A stretch of DNA of 64,000 bases. Origin: Paraspadella gotoi. Lineage: Eukaryota > Animalia > Chaetognatha. Positions within the stretch are counted from its first letter, which is position 1, and each line of letters starts with the position of its first letter. Location: the NCBI GenBank assembly GCA_051294375.1, contig CM119263.1, forward strand, positions 18,128,628-18,192,627, written 5' to 3'. Below the pieces are notes generated by a model. The model was given only the letters and a program-made list of their open reading frames with translations, did not search any database and had not been told where the DNA came from. Below, in pieces: positions 39,025-54,400 of this stretch. The position numbers were made by a program, and so were the translations under genes.

Positions 39025-41182
39025 TTTTCTTTCTTTTTTTTTCATTCTTTCTTTCGTGCTCTTTATGTTTTAATTTTGCTAAATACAATCGAGTACAGAA
39101 CAGATAAAACCCGATGATTTTAATTTTGTCATATGACAAGTTGACAACAACTGACAAGATAGGAAAAAAACGTAATATTGATTTAAAAAAAAGTTCATCG
39201 TCATTACACCTGAAAAGTAAGCAGTAAGCACTAATCTTTCAAATCTAACCCTATTTTTACGAGTTTAAAAAGTTTTTCCAAGGAAAAAAATCAATGCCTT
39301 TTTCCAAAAAAATATCTTTGTCAATTAGATTTCGTTTTTCGCCTAGATATTCGACGCGCTGATTGTCTCGAGGAGAAAAAAAAATGGAAGCGCGGAGAAA
39401 GAAAGCGAAGTGAGAGGTCGAGGAAAAGAGATAAGAAGAAGACAGAGTAAGGGGAAGTAAAGAGAGGAAGTTACGTCCTAAGAGGACACAAAAGATAAAA
39501 AGTAAAAAAATAGAGTTAAGAAAGAAAAAAAGTAAGAAAACTTGAAAAAGTCCAAAAAACGTATTAAGATCAAAAGTCGATCGAAAACTGTTGTTTACTT
39601 TTCTTATCTCGTCTCCTTTTATCTTTTGCCCTTTGTCTTTTTTTTCTTTTCCTCCTGGTTCTTTCCTCTTTTATTTCCTCGCATTCGGCTTCTCCTTCCT
39701 CCACAGTCAACCTGACCTTCCTCGAGTCTTCCATTCTTAATCTCACTTGTTTTTACCGAACGCATTTCCCATTCCTCCTCTTCATCCTCGATCTTCATCA
39801 TTCGCCTTCCTCCTATGTCCCTTCTCACTCTCTTCTTTCTTCTACCTCCGTTTATTTTTTAGTGTTTACCCTTCTCTCCCTCCCTCTTTTCTTTCCTTTC
39901 CTCTATCCCCTTCCTTCCGCTTCCTCTTTCTTATTCCTTCCCAGCCCCTGAGTTCTCCCTCTCCCTCTTTTCTTTCCTTTCCTCCATCCCTTTCCTTCCT
40001 CTTCCTCTTTTTTATCCCTCCCCAGCCCCTGAGTTCTTCTCGAACCTTGAAAGCGAAAGTTTCCTCCCGAACCGAACGTAAAATCGCATTGCGTCGCGCG
40101 AAAGTGGGAGTAGGAATCGATTTGTCCGTCTGTGTCTAGCGCTTTTTTTTTTGTTGACTTTTTTTGCGGTTTTAACTTTTTCGGTCTCATCTTTTTTCTT
40201 GTACTTTGTTTCTTCTTTCTTTCTTGCTTATTTTTCTCCTTTTGTTTTTTTTTTTCTCATTCGTTCCGGATTCAATTTTCACACTCGATTGGTCTGTCCG
40301 TCCTTACGAGTTTTACGATATAATTTTTTTCATAATTCTATCTTTCAGCTTTCTTTGTTTACTCTACATCATTTCTCTGTAAAATATTTTTCCGATTTCT
40401 TTTCGCCAATCTTCTTTCATTCCTTCCTTCGTTCCTTTCTTCCTTCTTTCCTTCCTTCCTTCCTTCCTTCCNNNNNNNNNNNNNNNNNNNNNNNNNTTTC
40501 CTGTCCTCTCTTCCTTCCTTCCTTCCTTCCCTTCCTCCTTGCCTTCCTTTCCTCCTTCCTTCTTTCCTTCCTTCCTACTCCTTCCTTCCTTCCTTCCTTC
40601 TTCTTTCTTCCTTCTTCCGTCCTTCCTTCCGTGCCTGGTCTTTCCTTAACTATCCTTACCTTCGCTTCTTCTTCTTCTTTCTTTCTTCCTTCCTACTTCC
40701 TTCTTTATCCTTCTATACCTTCTTCCTTCCTTTCCTGTCCTTTCTTTCCTCCTTCCTTCCTTCCTTCCTTCCTTCCTTCCTTCCTTCGTTTTCCTCCCTT
40801 CGCACTCTCCTCTTTCCTCGCAATTTTCCTCCTCTTACAACTATCGATCCAGCGCCTTTCCTTTTCTCTGCGTTTTATCTCCCAAATCTTTCCTCTTTTC
40901 CTCCCTTTTTTTCCTCCTCTTCCTTCTCTCTTCCTCCTCCTCCTCCAAGCACGCGCGCTCGCGATGAGGACGTCCTCTGCCCGGATTCCGAATCCGGCGT
41001 CAAAATCTCGCGTCGTTTTTCCGGCGAGGCGGCGCTGACGACGACGACGACGACGACGAAGACGATGCCTAGGATCAACAACCCGGCATGCAGGCGAAAA
41101 ACAAAAAAACGTCGCCGAATTCTTAGTTACTGTCTCTCTCTCTCTCTCTCTCTCTCTNNNNNNNNNNNNNNNNNNNNNNNNN

Positions 41183-42665
41183 CTCCATCCCTTGTCTGAT
41201 CTCTACCGCTTTTTTATATTCTTCACCCGCTTCACTGAGTTCTCCCCGCGTCGGGCCTCTTTCTTTCCTTTCCTCCGTCCCTTTCCCAGGGGCCTGCGTC
41301 CCTCTTTGGTTTTATTTCTCCCGGCAGGTCCGCCAAAGCGCCTCTTTTCTTCCTTTCCTTCCAGTCCCTTTCCTTTCCTTCCTCTTTTTTTAAGTTGCCC
41401 TCTCCGCAGCCCTGAAGTTCTCCCCCTTCCCTCTTTTCTTGTCCTTGCCCCATCGGGCTTTCCTTCCTTCTATACTCTTTTTTATCCTCCGGCCCTGAGT
41501 TCTTCTCGAACTTGAAAGCGAAAGTTCACTGGCCGAACGAACTAAAATGCATTGCCGTCGCGCAAAGTGAATATAATTTGTCCGTCTGTGTATCATGCGC
41601 TTTTTTTTTTGTTGACTTTTTTTGCCGTTTAACTTTTTCGGTCTCATCTGTTTGATTTCTTGTAGCTTTGTCGTCTTCTTTCTGCTTTCTTGCTTTAGAT
41701 GATCATTGCTATTTTGTTTTGTTTTTTTTCTCATTCGTTTCCGATTCATTTTCACACTCGGATTTGGACTGTCCGTGCCTTACGAGTGATTTTTACGAAG
41801 TATGAATTTATTTTTCATGAATTCTTATCTTTCAGCTTTCTTTGTTTACTCTAGCATCATTTTGCTCTGTAAAAATATTTTTCCGATTTCTTTTCGCCAA
41901 CTCTTCTTTCTTTCATTCCTTCCTTGTTCGTTCTTTCTTCCTTCTTTCTTACCTTCCTGTCGCTTCCTTCCTTCCTCATGTCCTCTTCCTTCTCCTTCTT
42001 CCTCTTCCTTCCTTCCTTCCTTCTTCTTCTTCTTCCGATTCTTCTTCTTCCTTGCCTTCCTTCCTTTCTTCCTTCTCCTTCCTTCCTTTCTCGCTGTCGC
42101 TTGCCTTCCTTCCGTTCCTTCCTCTTCTCCTGTCTTGCTCGATCTTCCTTCCTTTCCTTCCTCTCCTTGCCTCCTCCTATTCGTATCATTCCTTCCTCTT
42201 CCTTCCTTCTTCCCGTTCCTCCTCCTACCTTCTCTCCTTCCTTCCTTCTCTCTTGTTTCCTCCCTTCGCCACTCTCTCTGCTTTCCTCGCATCCCTCTTT
42301 ACTTTTGCCTTCTACATCGATCCAGGCGCCTTTCCTTTTCTCTGCGTTTTATCTCCCAAATCTTTCCTCTTTTCCTCCCTTTTTTTCCTCCTCTTCCTTC
42401 TCTCTTCCTCCTCCTCTCCAAGCACGCGCCGCTCGCGTGATGAGGACGTCCTCTGCCCGGATTCCGAATCCGGCGTCAAAATCTCGCGTCGTTTTCCGGC
42501 GAGGCGGCCGCTGACGGGACGACGACGACACACGAAGACGTATGCCTAGAATCAACAACGCCGGCATGCAGGCGAAAAACAAAAAAAACGTTCGCCGAAT
42601 TCTTAGTAGCTGTTCTCTGCTCTCTCTCCTTCCTTCTTCTCTCTCTGTCTCTCTCTCTCTGCTCT

Positions 42666-42711
<46 letters not shown>

Positions 42712-42986
42712 GTTCAATAAAAAACTTTTTTTTTTTTCTGACGTATCAAATTTTCTCACGTGTCCACAGTGCCGAGTACATTAGGCAACAATAAAACCTA
42801 TTCGCATTAAAAAAAAAAAGGGAGAAAAGAGCCGGTTAGAAAAAAAAAGAAGAAAAGAAGAAATGGAAGAAAAATGATTAATATTTTCGTCATGAAAAAC
42901 ATCCTCGCGACACGCGACGGAGTTGGCTGTCTGCAGAAGGAAAAAGAAATCCAACGAGGAAAAAGTCGACCGTCGGAAATATTCCA

Positions 42987-43025
<39 letters not shown>

Positions 43026-44184
43026 GCGTTGAAAATTGCCATTGCCTTCGCCGTTTTCGTCATCGGCTTCGGCGCTGACATCAGAGTCGTAGCTTCTGCC
43101 TGACATCGAATAGTAATAAAAAGAGCAGACGATTCTTGTCAGTTTCGATGTCGCTTCTTATTTTCTCCGATTTTTTTTTTCTCTTTTGAGATTTGCGATT
43201 CGCCTCAAAATTTTTCTAATTTTTCATGACGTCAACTAATTTTGCGTCTCGGCGTCAGCCCTTTGTCGCTTTGCGGATTCGTCACTGTCGTCGTCGTCGT
43301 CGTCGTCGTCGTCGTCCTTATTGGCTTATGTATAAGAAACTTCGAGACGTCAGCTTCGTACGAGGATTGTTCTCGTCGCAATCCCTATCAAAATCGGTAC
43401 AGGGCATAGGTATAGCGCTTTGTTCCTATTTCACCTTATTAAACTAAAAAAAATATTTTACGTTAAAAACAAACACGTTCGTAAATCAACTTGTTATCTT
43501 CTTGCAATGAAAACAGAAGATACTTTCGCCTGGCACAACCGCCAATCGATTCTAACCCCTTGTTTCACTTATCTTTCAGCCTACGAGTTCAGTTCATAAT
43601 TTTCATCCGTTATCGATAAATAAGCGCGTTACGATCTTTTAAACCGGATATTAAAAAAAATATAAAATACAAAAAAAAAAACAAAAAAAAAACGAGTTTA
43701 ACGCTAAACGAAAGTTTTTTTTCTTCAAAACATCGCATGAATATTGTTCATCGTGCAAGGACGACGACGACGACGACGACGACGACGACAACGACGACGA
43801 CCTTGAAAAACAGCGTCGACTGTTTTCTCCAGTAAATAGGTTCGTCCCGTTTGGATTTCATTTTTTCCCCTTCGAGACATGGAGGTCCTTTTTTCATTTT
43901 ACCCCCACAGTTGGCAACAGACATTTTTTTTTCAGTCGGGCAAACCTGACCACAGAGTGAATTCTCCCGTTTCGTTGCTGAGAGTCAGCGTTATTCTCTC
44001 TGTCAATTTATAACTACATCCATAATAAATGGTAAATGTCGAAAACACAAAATGCGTCGGTTGACAGACTAATAATTATTATTTAAATGCGTTATAAACA
44101 AATCCTCGTTTTTACGATTCGACTTTCCCTCGTTTCTCGATGTGTTGTGGCGTGGTTGTATTGTGAGTGGGCGGGGCTTAGCGT

Positions 44185-44275
<91 letters not shown>

Positions 44276-44978
44276 TGCGAGGAAAGCGGGGGGAAGGGGT
44301 ATCACTCGTTGCTTCTAACCCGTAGCTGGCGTCGCCCGTCCTAAATCGTCCTCCCACTCGTCAGTAGACTAGGAGATAAAAGCAGACGTTTTAGTGAAAA
44401 AAAAAAAATTTTCATCGAGAGAAAAGTGCAAAGTGGCAATCGATTTTAGAAGCGGGAATTGAGGGATATAACCTAGGATAGAACCCCAAGTAGTGAACCT
44501 TTTGAATTCTTAGTTCATAATATTACGATTGTGATTAAGAAACGGATAAGATCACAGCTTACGTATCAGAAACCCACTGACATCAACACTTGACATCAAC
44601 AGTTGAAGGTTTTTGTAGATACCACTTTAGTAAACTAAACCTTTTTGACAGAAAATTCGGGAGGCGGTGGGCGACATTAACTTCGAAACAAAGTCGGGAA
44701 CTCAGTCGAAACGGAATAAAAAAAAAGGCGGGAGGTGAGAAAGGTTGAAATATGCAAATGAACTTTCCTTTCCAGGAAAGTCAGGGAGGAAGGCGCTGGG
44801 AGAGAGGGAGAGAGGGGTGAGGATAGGAGAGAGGTGGATTGGGAAAGACAGAAAGATGAGAGCGCGGGCGGTCGGGTAGTTTTATGCGAAGATATTCGAC
44901 GGATCTGAATTTGATTTTCCCGTTTCCTTCGATTAGCATAACGCGCAGGTTCTAAGCGAGAGTTCAGAAAAAGCAAAG

Positions 44979-45056
<78 letters not shown>

Positions 45057-46798
45057 GAGAGAGAGAACGATTTGAGTCTTCTACTAATGAGTTCGCACGA
45101 GCATCGAGTAGCCATCAAGCTGAGGACGTGAGGCAGTTTGAAGGTGAGAAGCGTCGATCATCGGAGACGAGAATGCGGTCAAGAGGTGGACAAGGTGGAC
45201 AAGGTGGGGTGGGTGTTGACTGCAATTTGGGTGGACGCGGTCCCCGGAGGGTGGATTCGATGATGGATGGATTTTGAGACGGACGAGGTGGTTATACGAA
45301 AGAGCGGGACGCAAATGAGCCGAGACGATCGCTTCGCCTGATGGCGCTGGAATTCGCGTGGGACCGGATCCGTTAAATGGTTCATAATTCCGAGTCACGG
45401 TCAGACGACGACGATGTGTCACACGCGTTTCTGCGTTGTCACGCCGTGACTCACGGAACGGTTGGTTACTGGTTAACCGATGAAAGTGCAATGGCGCTTG
45501 ACGGTCTGTCGAACCATGAGACGAAATTAATCTTTTTGTTTAAAATGCTTATTCAAAAAGAAAAAAATACATATTTACTCTATGTTTTTGTAACATATTG
45601 CTTTATTTTTGTTTTGTCATGTTTTTGTTTTTGCTATGTTTTATTTTCGCTTAAAAAAGAAAAGCGTTTAGGGCGAAAGTGAAAGGCGGCGACAAAATTT
45701 ATTTTTAGACTAAAAAGAAGAAGCGAAGGAAGAAATTACGCGATCGTTAGCGTCGAATTATTCGTCGTCGTCGTTGTCGTTGTCGACGTCGTCTCGCGTC
45801 GTCAATTATAGAAGAGCTGGCTAATTCCTTCTCTTTTCTTCTCTTTTCTCTTTCTCTTTCCTCTCTTTTGTTTAAATTTCCCTCCCGGGCGCCTTGCCAA
45901 AGGAGAGTGCTCTTTGCCTCGTGCCGGGTTTTCTTTCAAACTTAAAAAACATTAGGGGAAAGAGACGAAGTATCTAAACGTATGGAACTACGTTAAATGT
46001 TACAAAAAAGCTTAAATAGTTTAAAAAAAAGAGAGATAGAATAAATTCAAGTATCCTTCAAATTCTTTCGAACTTTTTTCTTTCAGACTTTCAGTTCACA
46101 ATGTTTCTCTTTCTTCCCCGCCGTGTGTACTTTCGACTATCTGTCTCCGTCCGTCCGTCTTCTTTCTTTTCCTTCTTTTTTTCTTTTTCTGTTTTGTTCC
46201 TTTTTCTCATTTTTCACACAGAAACCTTTTTCTCTTCTCTCTTTTCTCTTCCTCATTTTTGTTCGTAGTTTGTACACAATACTTTTTTTTGGACTCACAG
46301 TTTTGCCAAGAATAAAAAAAATGAGACAGCAAAAATGGCATCGTGACGACCTCAACCGGCGAATGGCATCGCGATGCCCTCTTATTTTTTTCTTTCGTCT
46401 TTTTCCTGCCTGCGATTGTTTTTTCGGAGGCTTACTTGCCACGGCGCTGTACAGTTAAAATGAAACCTTTCTTTCTTTTTCTTTCTTTCTTTTTTTCTTT
46501 TTTATTCCCTATTCATTCTTTCTTTCTGTCTTTCTTTTATTTCTTTCCCTTTCAACTTATATTCAGCTCTTAATTTCCATCATTTAGAATTTTCTTTCTT
46601 CATTCATTGCATCACGTTTTTTTCACGTTTCCTTTTTTTTTACTTTTTACTTTTTTTAATTTCCCTCTTTTTTTATTTCCCTTTTCTTCCCTTCCTCTAG
46701 TCTCGATTCCGTATCCCGTATTCGAAATCTGTCTACATACAACCTCCACCATCCCGCCACGTTACCAGTATTAACCGTCTCTCTCTCTTGCTTTCTCT

Positions 46799-46852
<54 letters not shown>

Positions 46853-46853
46853 A

Positions 46854-46885
<32 letters not shown>

Positions 46886-47038
46886 TCATCCTCTCTCTTT
46901 CTATTTTTCTCTCTCTTCATCTTTTCTGCCCGTTTTCTTTATCCCTATCGGGCCGACGTGAAAATCCTTTTGTGCCCCAACATTTTGATGTTTTAACATT
47001 ACTTCCTTATTCTGTTTTAAAAGATTCTCTTTTTCTTA

Positions 47039-47112
<74 letters not shown>

Positions 47113-48843
47113 ACTCTCTCTCCCTCCCTCTTCTCTCTCTTCTTTCTTTTCTTCCTCTTTTTCTTTCTCTTCATCTTTCTACCATTTTCTTTATTCCTAT
47201 CTGGCCGACGTGATAATCCTTTGTTGCCCAACATTTTGAGGTTTTCACATTGATTGCTTATTCTGTTTCAAAGTCTCTCTTTTTCTTATTCTCTCTCTCT
47301 CNNNNNNNNNNNNNNNNNNNNNNNNNCTCCATCCCTTGTCTGATCTCTACCGCTTTTTTATATTCTTCACCCGCTTCACTGAGTTCTCCCCGCGTCGGGC
47401 CTCTTTCTTTCCTTTCCTCCGTCCCTTTCCCAGGGGCCTGCGTCCCTCTTTGGTTTTATTTCTCCCGGCAGGTCCGCCAAAGCGCCTCTTTTCTTCCTTT
47501 CCTTCCAGTCCCTTTCCTTTCCTTCCTCTTTTTTTAAGTTGCCCTCTCCGCAGCCCTGAAGTTCTCCCCCTTCCCTCTTTTCTTGTCCTTGCCCCATCGG
47601 GCTTTCCTTCCTTCTATACTCTTTTTTATCCTCCGGCCCTGAGTTCTTCTCGAACTTGAAAGCGAAAGTTCACTGGCCGAACGAACTAAAATGCATTGCC
47701 GTCGCGCAAAGTGAATATAATTTGTCCGTCTGTGTATCATGCGCTTTTTTTTTTGTTGACTTTTTTTGCCGTTTAACTTTTTCGGTCTCATCTGTTTGAT
47801 TTCTTGTAGCTTTGTCGTCTTCTTTCTGCTTTCTTGCTTTAGATGATCATTGCTATTTTGTTTTGTTTTTTTTCTCATTCGTTTCCGATTCATTTTCACA
47901 CTCGGATTTGGACTGTCCGTGCCTTACGAGTGATTTTTACGAAGTATGAATTTATTTTTCATGAATTCTTATCTTTCAGCTTTCTTTGTTTACTCTAGCA
48001 TCATTTTGCTCTGTAAAAATATTTTTCCGATTTCTTTTCGCCAACTCTTCTTTCTTTCATTCCTTCCTTGTTCGTTCTTTCTTCCTTCTTTCTTCCTTCC
48101 TTCGCTTCCTTCCTTCGCATGTCCTTCGTTCCTTCCTTCCTTCCGTCTTCCTTCCTTCCTTCCTTCTTCCTTCCTTCTTCGATTCCTTCCTTCGCTTCCT
48201 TCCTTCCTTCCTTTCTTCCTTCTCTTCCTTCACTTTCTTCGTGTCCTTCCTTCCTTCGTTCGCTTCCTCTCGCTCTCTGTCTCAATCCTGTCCTTCCTTT
48301 CCTTCCTTCCTTGCCTCTTCCTATGCGTCCTTCCTTCCTTTTCCTTCCTTTCCCTTCCTTCTCTACCTTCCTTTCCTTCGCTTACTGGCTCCTCTGTTTC
48401 CCTCCCTTCGGCACTCTCCTGCTTGTCCTCGCATTTCCTCCTAACTATGCTTCTTAAACTATGATCCAGCGCCTCCTTTTCTCTGCGTTTTATCTCCCAA
48501 ATCTTCGCTCTTTTTCCTCCTTTTTTTCCTCCTGCTTCTTCTCTCTTCCTCCCTCCTCCTCCAAGCACGCGCGCTCGCGCGATGAGGACGTCCTCTGCGC
48601 CGGATTCCGAATCTCGGCGTCAAAATCTCTGCGTCGTTTTTTCCGGCCGAGCGGCCTGACTGACGTGTGGACGACGACGGAACACAGAGACGTATGCCTA
48701 GAATCAACAACCCGGCGCAATGCATGGCCGAAAAACAAAAGAAACAGTTCGCCGAATTCTTAGGTAAGCTGTTCTCTCTCTCTCTCTCTCCATTCTTCTC
48801 TCTCTGTCTCGTCTCTCTCTCTCTCCGTCTATCTTCTCTCTCG

Positions 48844-48876
<33 letters not shown>

Positions 48877-49158
48877 GTTCATAAAAAACTTTTTTTTTTT
48901 TCTGAGCGTATCAAATTTTCTCACGCTGGTCCACAGCTGCCGAGTACATTAGGCAACATATAAAACCTATTCTCATTAAAAAAAAAGGGAGAAAGAGCCG
49001 GTTAGAAAAAAAGAAGAAGAAAAGAAGAGAATGGAAGAAATTGATTAATATTTTCCGTCATTGAAAAACATCCTCGCGACACGCGACGGAGTTGGCTGTC
49101 TGCCAGAAGGAATAAAGAAATCCAACAGGAAAAAAGTCGACCGTCGGAAAATATTCCA

Positions 49159-49191
<33 letters not shown>

Positions 49192-49463
49192 GTCGTCGTC
49201 GTCAGCGTGAAAATTGCCATTGCCTTCGCCGTTTTCGTTCATCGGCTTCGGCGCTGACATCAGAGTCGTAGCTTCTGCCTGACATCGAATAGTAATAAAA
49301 AGAGCAGACGATTCTTGTCAGTTTCGATGTCGCTTCTTATTTTCTCCGATTTTTTTTTTCTTTTGAGATTTGCGATATCGCCTCAAAATTTTCTAATTTT
49401 TCATGACGTCAACTAATTTTGCGTCTCGGCGTCAGCCCTTTGTCGCTTTGCGGATTCGTCACT

Positions 49464-49496
<33 letters not shown>

Positions 49497-50404
49497 CTTT
49501 ATTGGTTATGTATAAGAAACTTCGAGACGTCAGCTTCGTACGAGGATTGTTCTTCGTCGCAATCCCTATCAAAATCCGGTACAGGGCATAGGTTATAGCG
49601 CTTTGTTCTATTTCACCTTATTAAACTAAAAAAAAATATTTTACGTTAAAAATAAACACAGTTCGTAAATCAACTTGTTATCTTCTTGCAATGAAAACAG
49701 AAGTATACTTTTCGCTCTGTGCACAAACCGCCAATCGATTCTAACCCCTTGTTTCACTTATCTTTTCAGCCTACGAGTTCAGTTCATAAATTTTCATCCG
49801 TTATCGATAAATAAGCGCGTTACGAGTCTTTTAAACCGGATATTTAAAAAAAATATAAAATACAAAAAAAAAACAAAAAAAAAAAACGAGTTTTTTAACG
49901 CTAAACGAAAGTTTTTTTTCTTCAAAACATCGCATGATATTGTTCAATCGTGCAAGGGACGACGACGACGACGACGAACGACGACGACAACGACGACGAC
50001 CTTGAAAAACAGCGTCGACTGTTTTCTCCAGTAAATAGGTTCGTCCGTTTGGATTTCATTTTTTCCCCTTCGAGACATGGAGGGATCGCTTTTGCATTTA
50101 ATACACCCCACAGTATTGTGCAACAGACATTTTTTTTTCAGTCGGGACCAAATACCTGACCACAGAACGATTGAATTCTCCTCGTTTCGTTGCTGAGATC
50201 AGCGTTATTCTCTCTGTTCAATTTATACTACATTAACCTATATAAATGGTAAATGTCGAAAACACAAATGCGTCGGTGACAGACTAATAATTATTATTTA
50301 AATGCGTTATAAACAAATCCTCGTTTTTACGATTCGACTTTTCCCTCGTTTCTCTCGATGTGTTGTGGCGTGGTTGTATTGTGAGTGGGCGGGGCTTAGC
50401 GTTT

Positions 50405-50435
<31 letters not shown>

Positions 50436-50440
50436 AGAGA

Positions 50441-50507
<67 letters not shown>

Positions 50508-51208
50508 TGCGAGGAAAGCGGGGGGAAGGGGTATCACTCGTTGCTTCTAACCCGTAGCTGGGCGTCGCCCGTCCTAAATCGTCCTCCCACTCGTCAGTAG
50601 ACTAGGAGATAAAAGCAGACGTTTTAGTGAAAAAAAAAAATTTTCATCGAGAGAAAAGTGGAAAATGGCAATCGATTTTAGAAGCGGGAATTGAGGATAT
50701 AACTAGATAGAACCCCAAGTAGTGAACCTTTTGAATTCTTAGTTCATAATATTACGATTGTGATTAAGAAACGGATAAGATCACAGCTTACGCTATCAGA
50801 AACCCACTGACATCAACACTTGACATCAACAGTTGAAGGTTTTGTAGATACCACTTTAGTAAACTAAACCTTTTTGACAGAAAATTCGGGAGGCGGTGGG
50901 CGACATTAACTTCGAAACAAAGTCGGGAACTCAGTCGAAAACGGAATAAAAAAAAAGGCGGAGGTGAGAAAGGTTGAAATATGCAAATGAACTTTCCTTT
51001 CCAGGAAAGTCAGGGAGGAAGGCGCTGGATGAGAGGGAGAGAGGGGTGAGGATAGGAGAGAGGTGGATTAGGGAAAGACAGAAAGATGAGAGCGCGGGCG
51101 GTCGGGTAGTTTTATGCGAAGATATTCGACGGATCTGAATTTGATTTTCCCGTTTCCTTCGATTAGCATAACGCGCAGGTTCTAAGCGAGAGTTCAGAAA
51201 AAGCAAAG

Positions 51209-51295
<87 letters not shown>

Positions 51296-53027
51296 ACGAT
51301 TTGAGTCTTCTACTAATGAGTTCGCACGAGCATCGAGTAGCCATCAAGCTGGAGGACGTGAGGCAGTTTGAAGGTGAGAAGCGTCGATCATCGGAGACGA
51401 GAATGCGGTCAAGAGGTGGACAAGGTGGACAAGGTGGGGTGGGTGTTGACTGCAATTTGGGTGGACGCGGTCCCCGGAGGGCTGGATTCGATGATGGATG
51501 GATTTTGAGACGGACGAGGTGGTTATACGAAAGAGCGGACGCAAATGAGCCGAGACGATCGCTTCGCCTGATGGCGCGGAATTCGCGTGGGACCGGATCC
51601 GTTAAATGGTTCATAATTCCGAGTCACGGTCAGACGACGACGATGTGTCACACGCGTTTCTGCGTTGTCACGCGCTGACTCACGGAACGGTTGGTTACTG
51701 GTTAACCGATGAAAGTGCAATGGCGTTGACGGTCTGTCGAACCATGAGACGAAATTAATCTTTTTGTTTAAATGCTTATTCAAAAAGAAAAAAATACATA
51801 TTTACTCTATGTTTTGTAACATATTGCTTTATTTTTGTTTGTCATGTTTTTGTTTTGCTATGTTTTATTTCGCTTAAAAAAGAAAAGCGTTTAGGGCGAA
51901 AGTGAAAGGCGGCGACAAAATTTATTTTTAGACTAAAAAGAAGAAGCGAAGGAAGAAATTACGCGATCGTTAGCGTCGAATTATTCGTCGTCGTCGTTGT
52001 CGTTGTCGACGTCGTCTCGCGTCGCTCAATTATAGAAGAGCTGGCTAATTCCTTCTCTTTTCTTCTCTTTTCTTTCTCTTTCCTCTCTTTGTGTTTAAAT
52101 TCCCTCCCGGGCGCCTTGCCAAAGGGAGAGTGCTCTTTGCCTCGTGCCGGGTTTTCTTTCAACTAAAAAACATTAGGGGAAAAGACGAAGTATCTAAACG
52201 TATGGAACTACGTTAAATGTTACAAAAAAGCTTAAATAGTTAAAAAAAAGAGAGATAGAATAAATTCAAGTATCCTTCAAATTCTTTCGAACTTTTTTCT
52301 TTCAGACTTTCAGTTCACAATGTTTCTCTTTCTTCCCCGCCGTGTGTACTTTCAACTATCTGTCTCCGTCCGTCCGTCTTCTTTCTTTTCCTTCTTTTTT
52401 CTTTTTTCTGTTTTGTTCCTTTTTTCTCATTTTCACACAGAAACCTTTTTTCTCTTCTCTCTTTCTCTTCCTCCATTTTTGTTCGCTAGTTTGTACACAA
52501 TACTTTTTTTTGACTCACAGTTTTGCCCAAGAATAAAAAAATGAGACAGCAAAAATGGCATCGTGACGACCTCAACCGGCGAATGGCATCGCGATTGCCC
52601 TCTTATTTTTTTCTTCGTCTTTTTCCTGCCTGCGATTGTTTTTCGGAGGCTTACTTGCCACGGCGCTGTTACAGTTAAAATGAACCTTTCTTTCTTTTTC
52701 TTTCTTTCTTTTTTTTCTTTTTTATTCCCTATATCATTCTTTCTTTCTGTCTTTCTTTTATTTCTTTCCCTTTCAACTTATTATTCAGCTCTAATTTCCA
52801 TCATTTAGAATTTTCTTTCTCATTCATTGCATCACGTTTTTTTCACGTTTCCTTTTTTTTTACTTTTTACTTTTTTTAATTTCCCTCTTTTTTTATTTCC
52901 CTTTTCTTCCCTTCCTCTAGTCTCGATCCGTATCCCGTATTCGAAATCTGTCTACAGTACAACCTTCCACCATCCCGCCACGTTACCAGTATTAATACCG
53001 TCTCTCTCTCTCTTCTCTCTTCTCTCT

Positions 53028-53077
<50 letters not shown>

Positions 53078-53244
53078 CTCTCGTCTCTCCTTCTATCTCT
53101 CTCTCTCCCTCTTCTATTTTTCTCTCTCTTCATCTTTCTGCCGTTTTCTTTATCCCTATCGGGCCGACGTGAAAATCCTTTGTGCCCAACATTTTGATGT
53201 TTACATTACTTCCTTATTCTGTTTAAAAGATTCTCTTTTTCTTA

Positions 53245-53321
<77 letters not shown>

Positions 53322-53510
53322 ACTCTCTTCTCCCTCTCTCTCTTCTCTCTCTCTACTTTCTTTCTTCCTCTTTTTCTTTCTCTTCATCTTTCTACCATTT
53401 TCTTTATTCCTATCTGGCCGACGTGATAATCCTTTGTTGCCCAACATTTTGAGGTTTTACACATTGATTGCTTATTCTGTGTTCAAATCTCCTCTTTTTC
53501 ATTATTCTCT
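41183..53510. repeat. ~6.1-kb tandem duplication (41183-47301 vs 47327-~53510), plus a partial third copy at ~39900-41157; probably an assembly artefact
   Basis: Offset 6144 bp. The first ~770 bp are identical and the remainder differs mostly by single-base indels. Each full copy starts right after a 25-N gap. Confidence 0.9.
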
Positions 53511-53536
53511 CTCTCTCTTCTCTCTCTCTCTCTCTC

Positions 53537-53591
<55 letters not shown>

Positions 53592-54169
53592 TCCTAATCA
53601 GTCTCTTCAATCAAAGGCCTCTCTCTCCCTGTTTTATCATTTTCTATCCCTCTCACTCAACGTTATTTTCTTTTTTGAATCGACTAAAAATTTTAACTCA
53701 GCTTTTGCACCGTCTGAGTTCTCGTCACAGTTTCCAGTTTTTCAAAACAGTTCTGTTTTTCTTCCGCCACCTTCGTTATTCAATCTTTTTTCCCCCATAA
53801 TTTCCTCCGCCCCATAAAAGTGCCTAGGTAGCGATACACGTCCACGTCGCCCGGGTGTCGCCTTAGAGTTCTACCTTTCACAAAGTACACAAAAAAAACG
53901 AGACCTACAGATAAACTGACCAAAAAGTCTACTCGCACGACGGCTTTCAAAATATCTACTGGATTTACTGTCATCTACAAAATCCCGCTCATAGGTTCGT
54001 CGACGTCGCGGGCGTCATGAGGACGCCGATGCGAGCGACCCCAGCGCCGCACCCTTTTTCTTTTCGCGGCGGTGTCGTTATCTCATGCGGCGTTATCGTT
54101 TTCGACGTGGCGACTTCGACTCTCTCAGGGTCGAAGGGTGAATTCGGTGGAGATTCTTGAGGTCGGTGG

Positions 54170-54400
54170 AGACTAAAGACTGGAGGCTGAAGACTGAAAA
54201 GTAACTTTAACGGACTGAAAACTGAAGACAAGTGACTTTAAAAGACCAAAGACTGATAACTGGACTGAAAAGTGACTTTTAAAGACTGAAGAGTGATGAC
54301 TGAAGACTGATGACTGAAGACTGAAAAGTGACTTTAAAAGTCTGAAGACTTCAGTGAAGAGAGACTTTAAAAGACTGAAGACTGAAGACGGTAGACTGAA
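54170..54400. repeat. Degenerate GACTGAA-based minisatellite
   Basis: Many imperfect gactgaa/aaagactgaa/gtgacttt units. Confidence 0.75.

Noticed and set aside
45080-45490. GC-rich ORF-like block in the duplicated segment (also 51300-51700)
   Set aside because: Frames differ between copies because of indel noise, and no recognisable protein results.
53780-54231. Short ORFs including a 64-aa peptide with a hydrophobic stretch
   Set aside because: No consistent splice or frame model on either strand and no recognisable motif.
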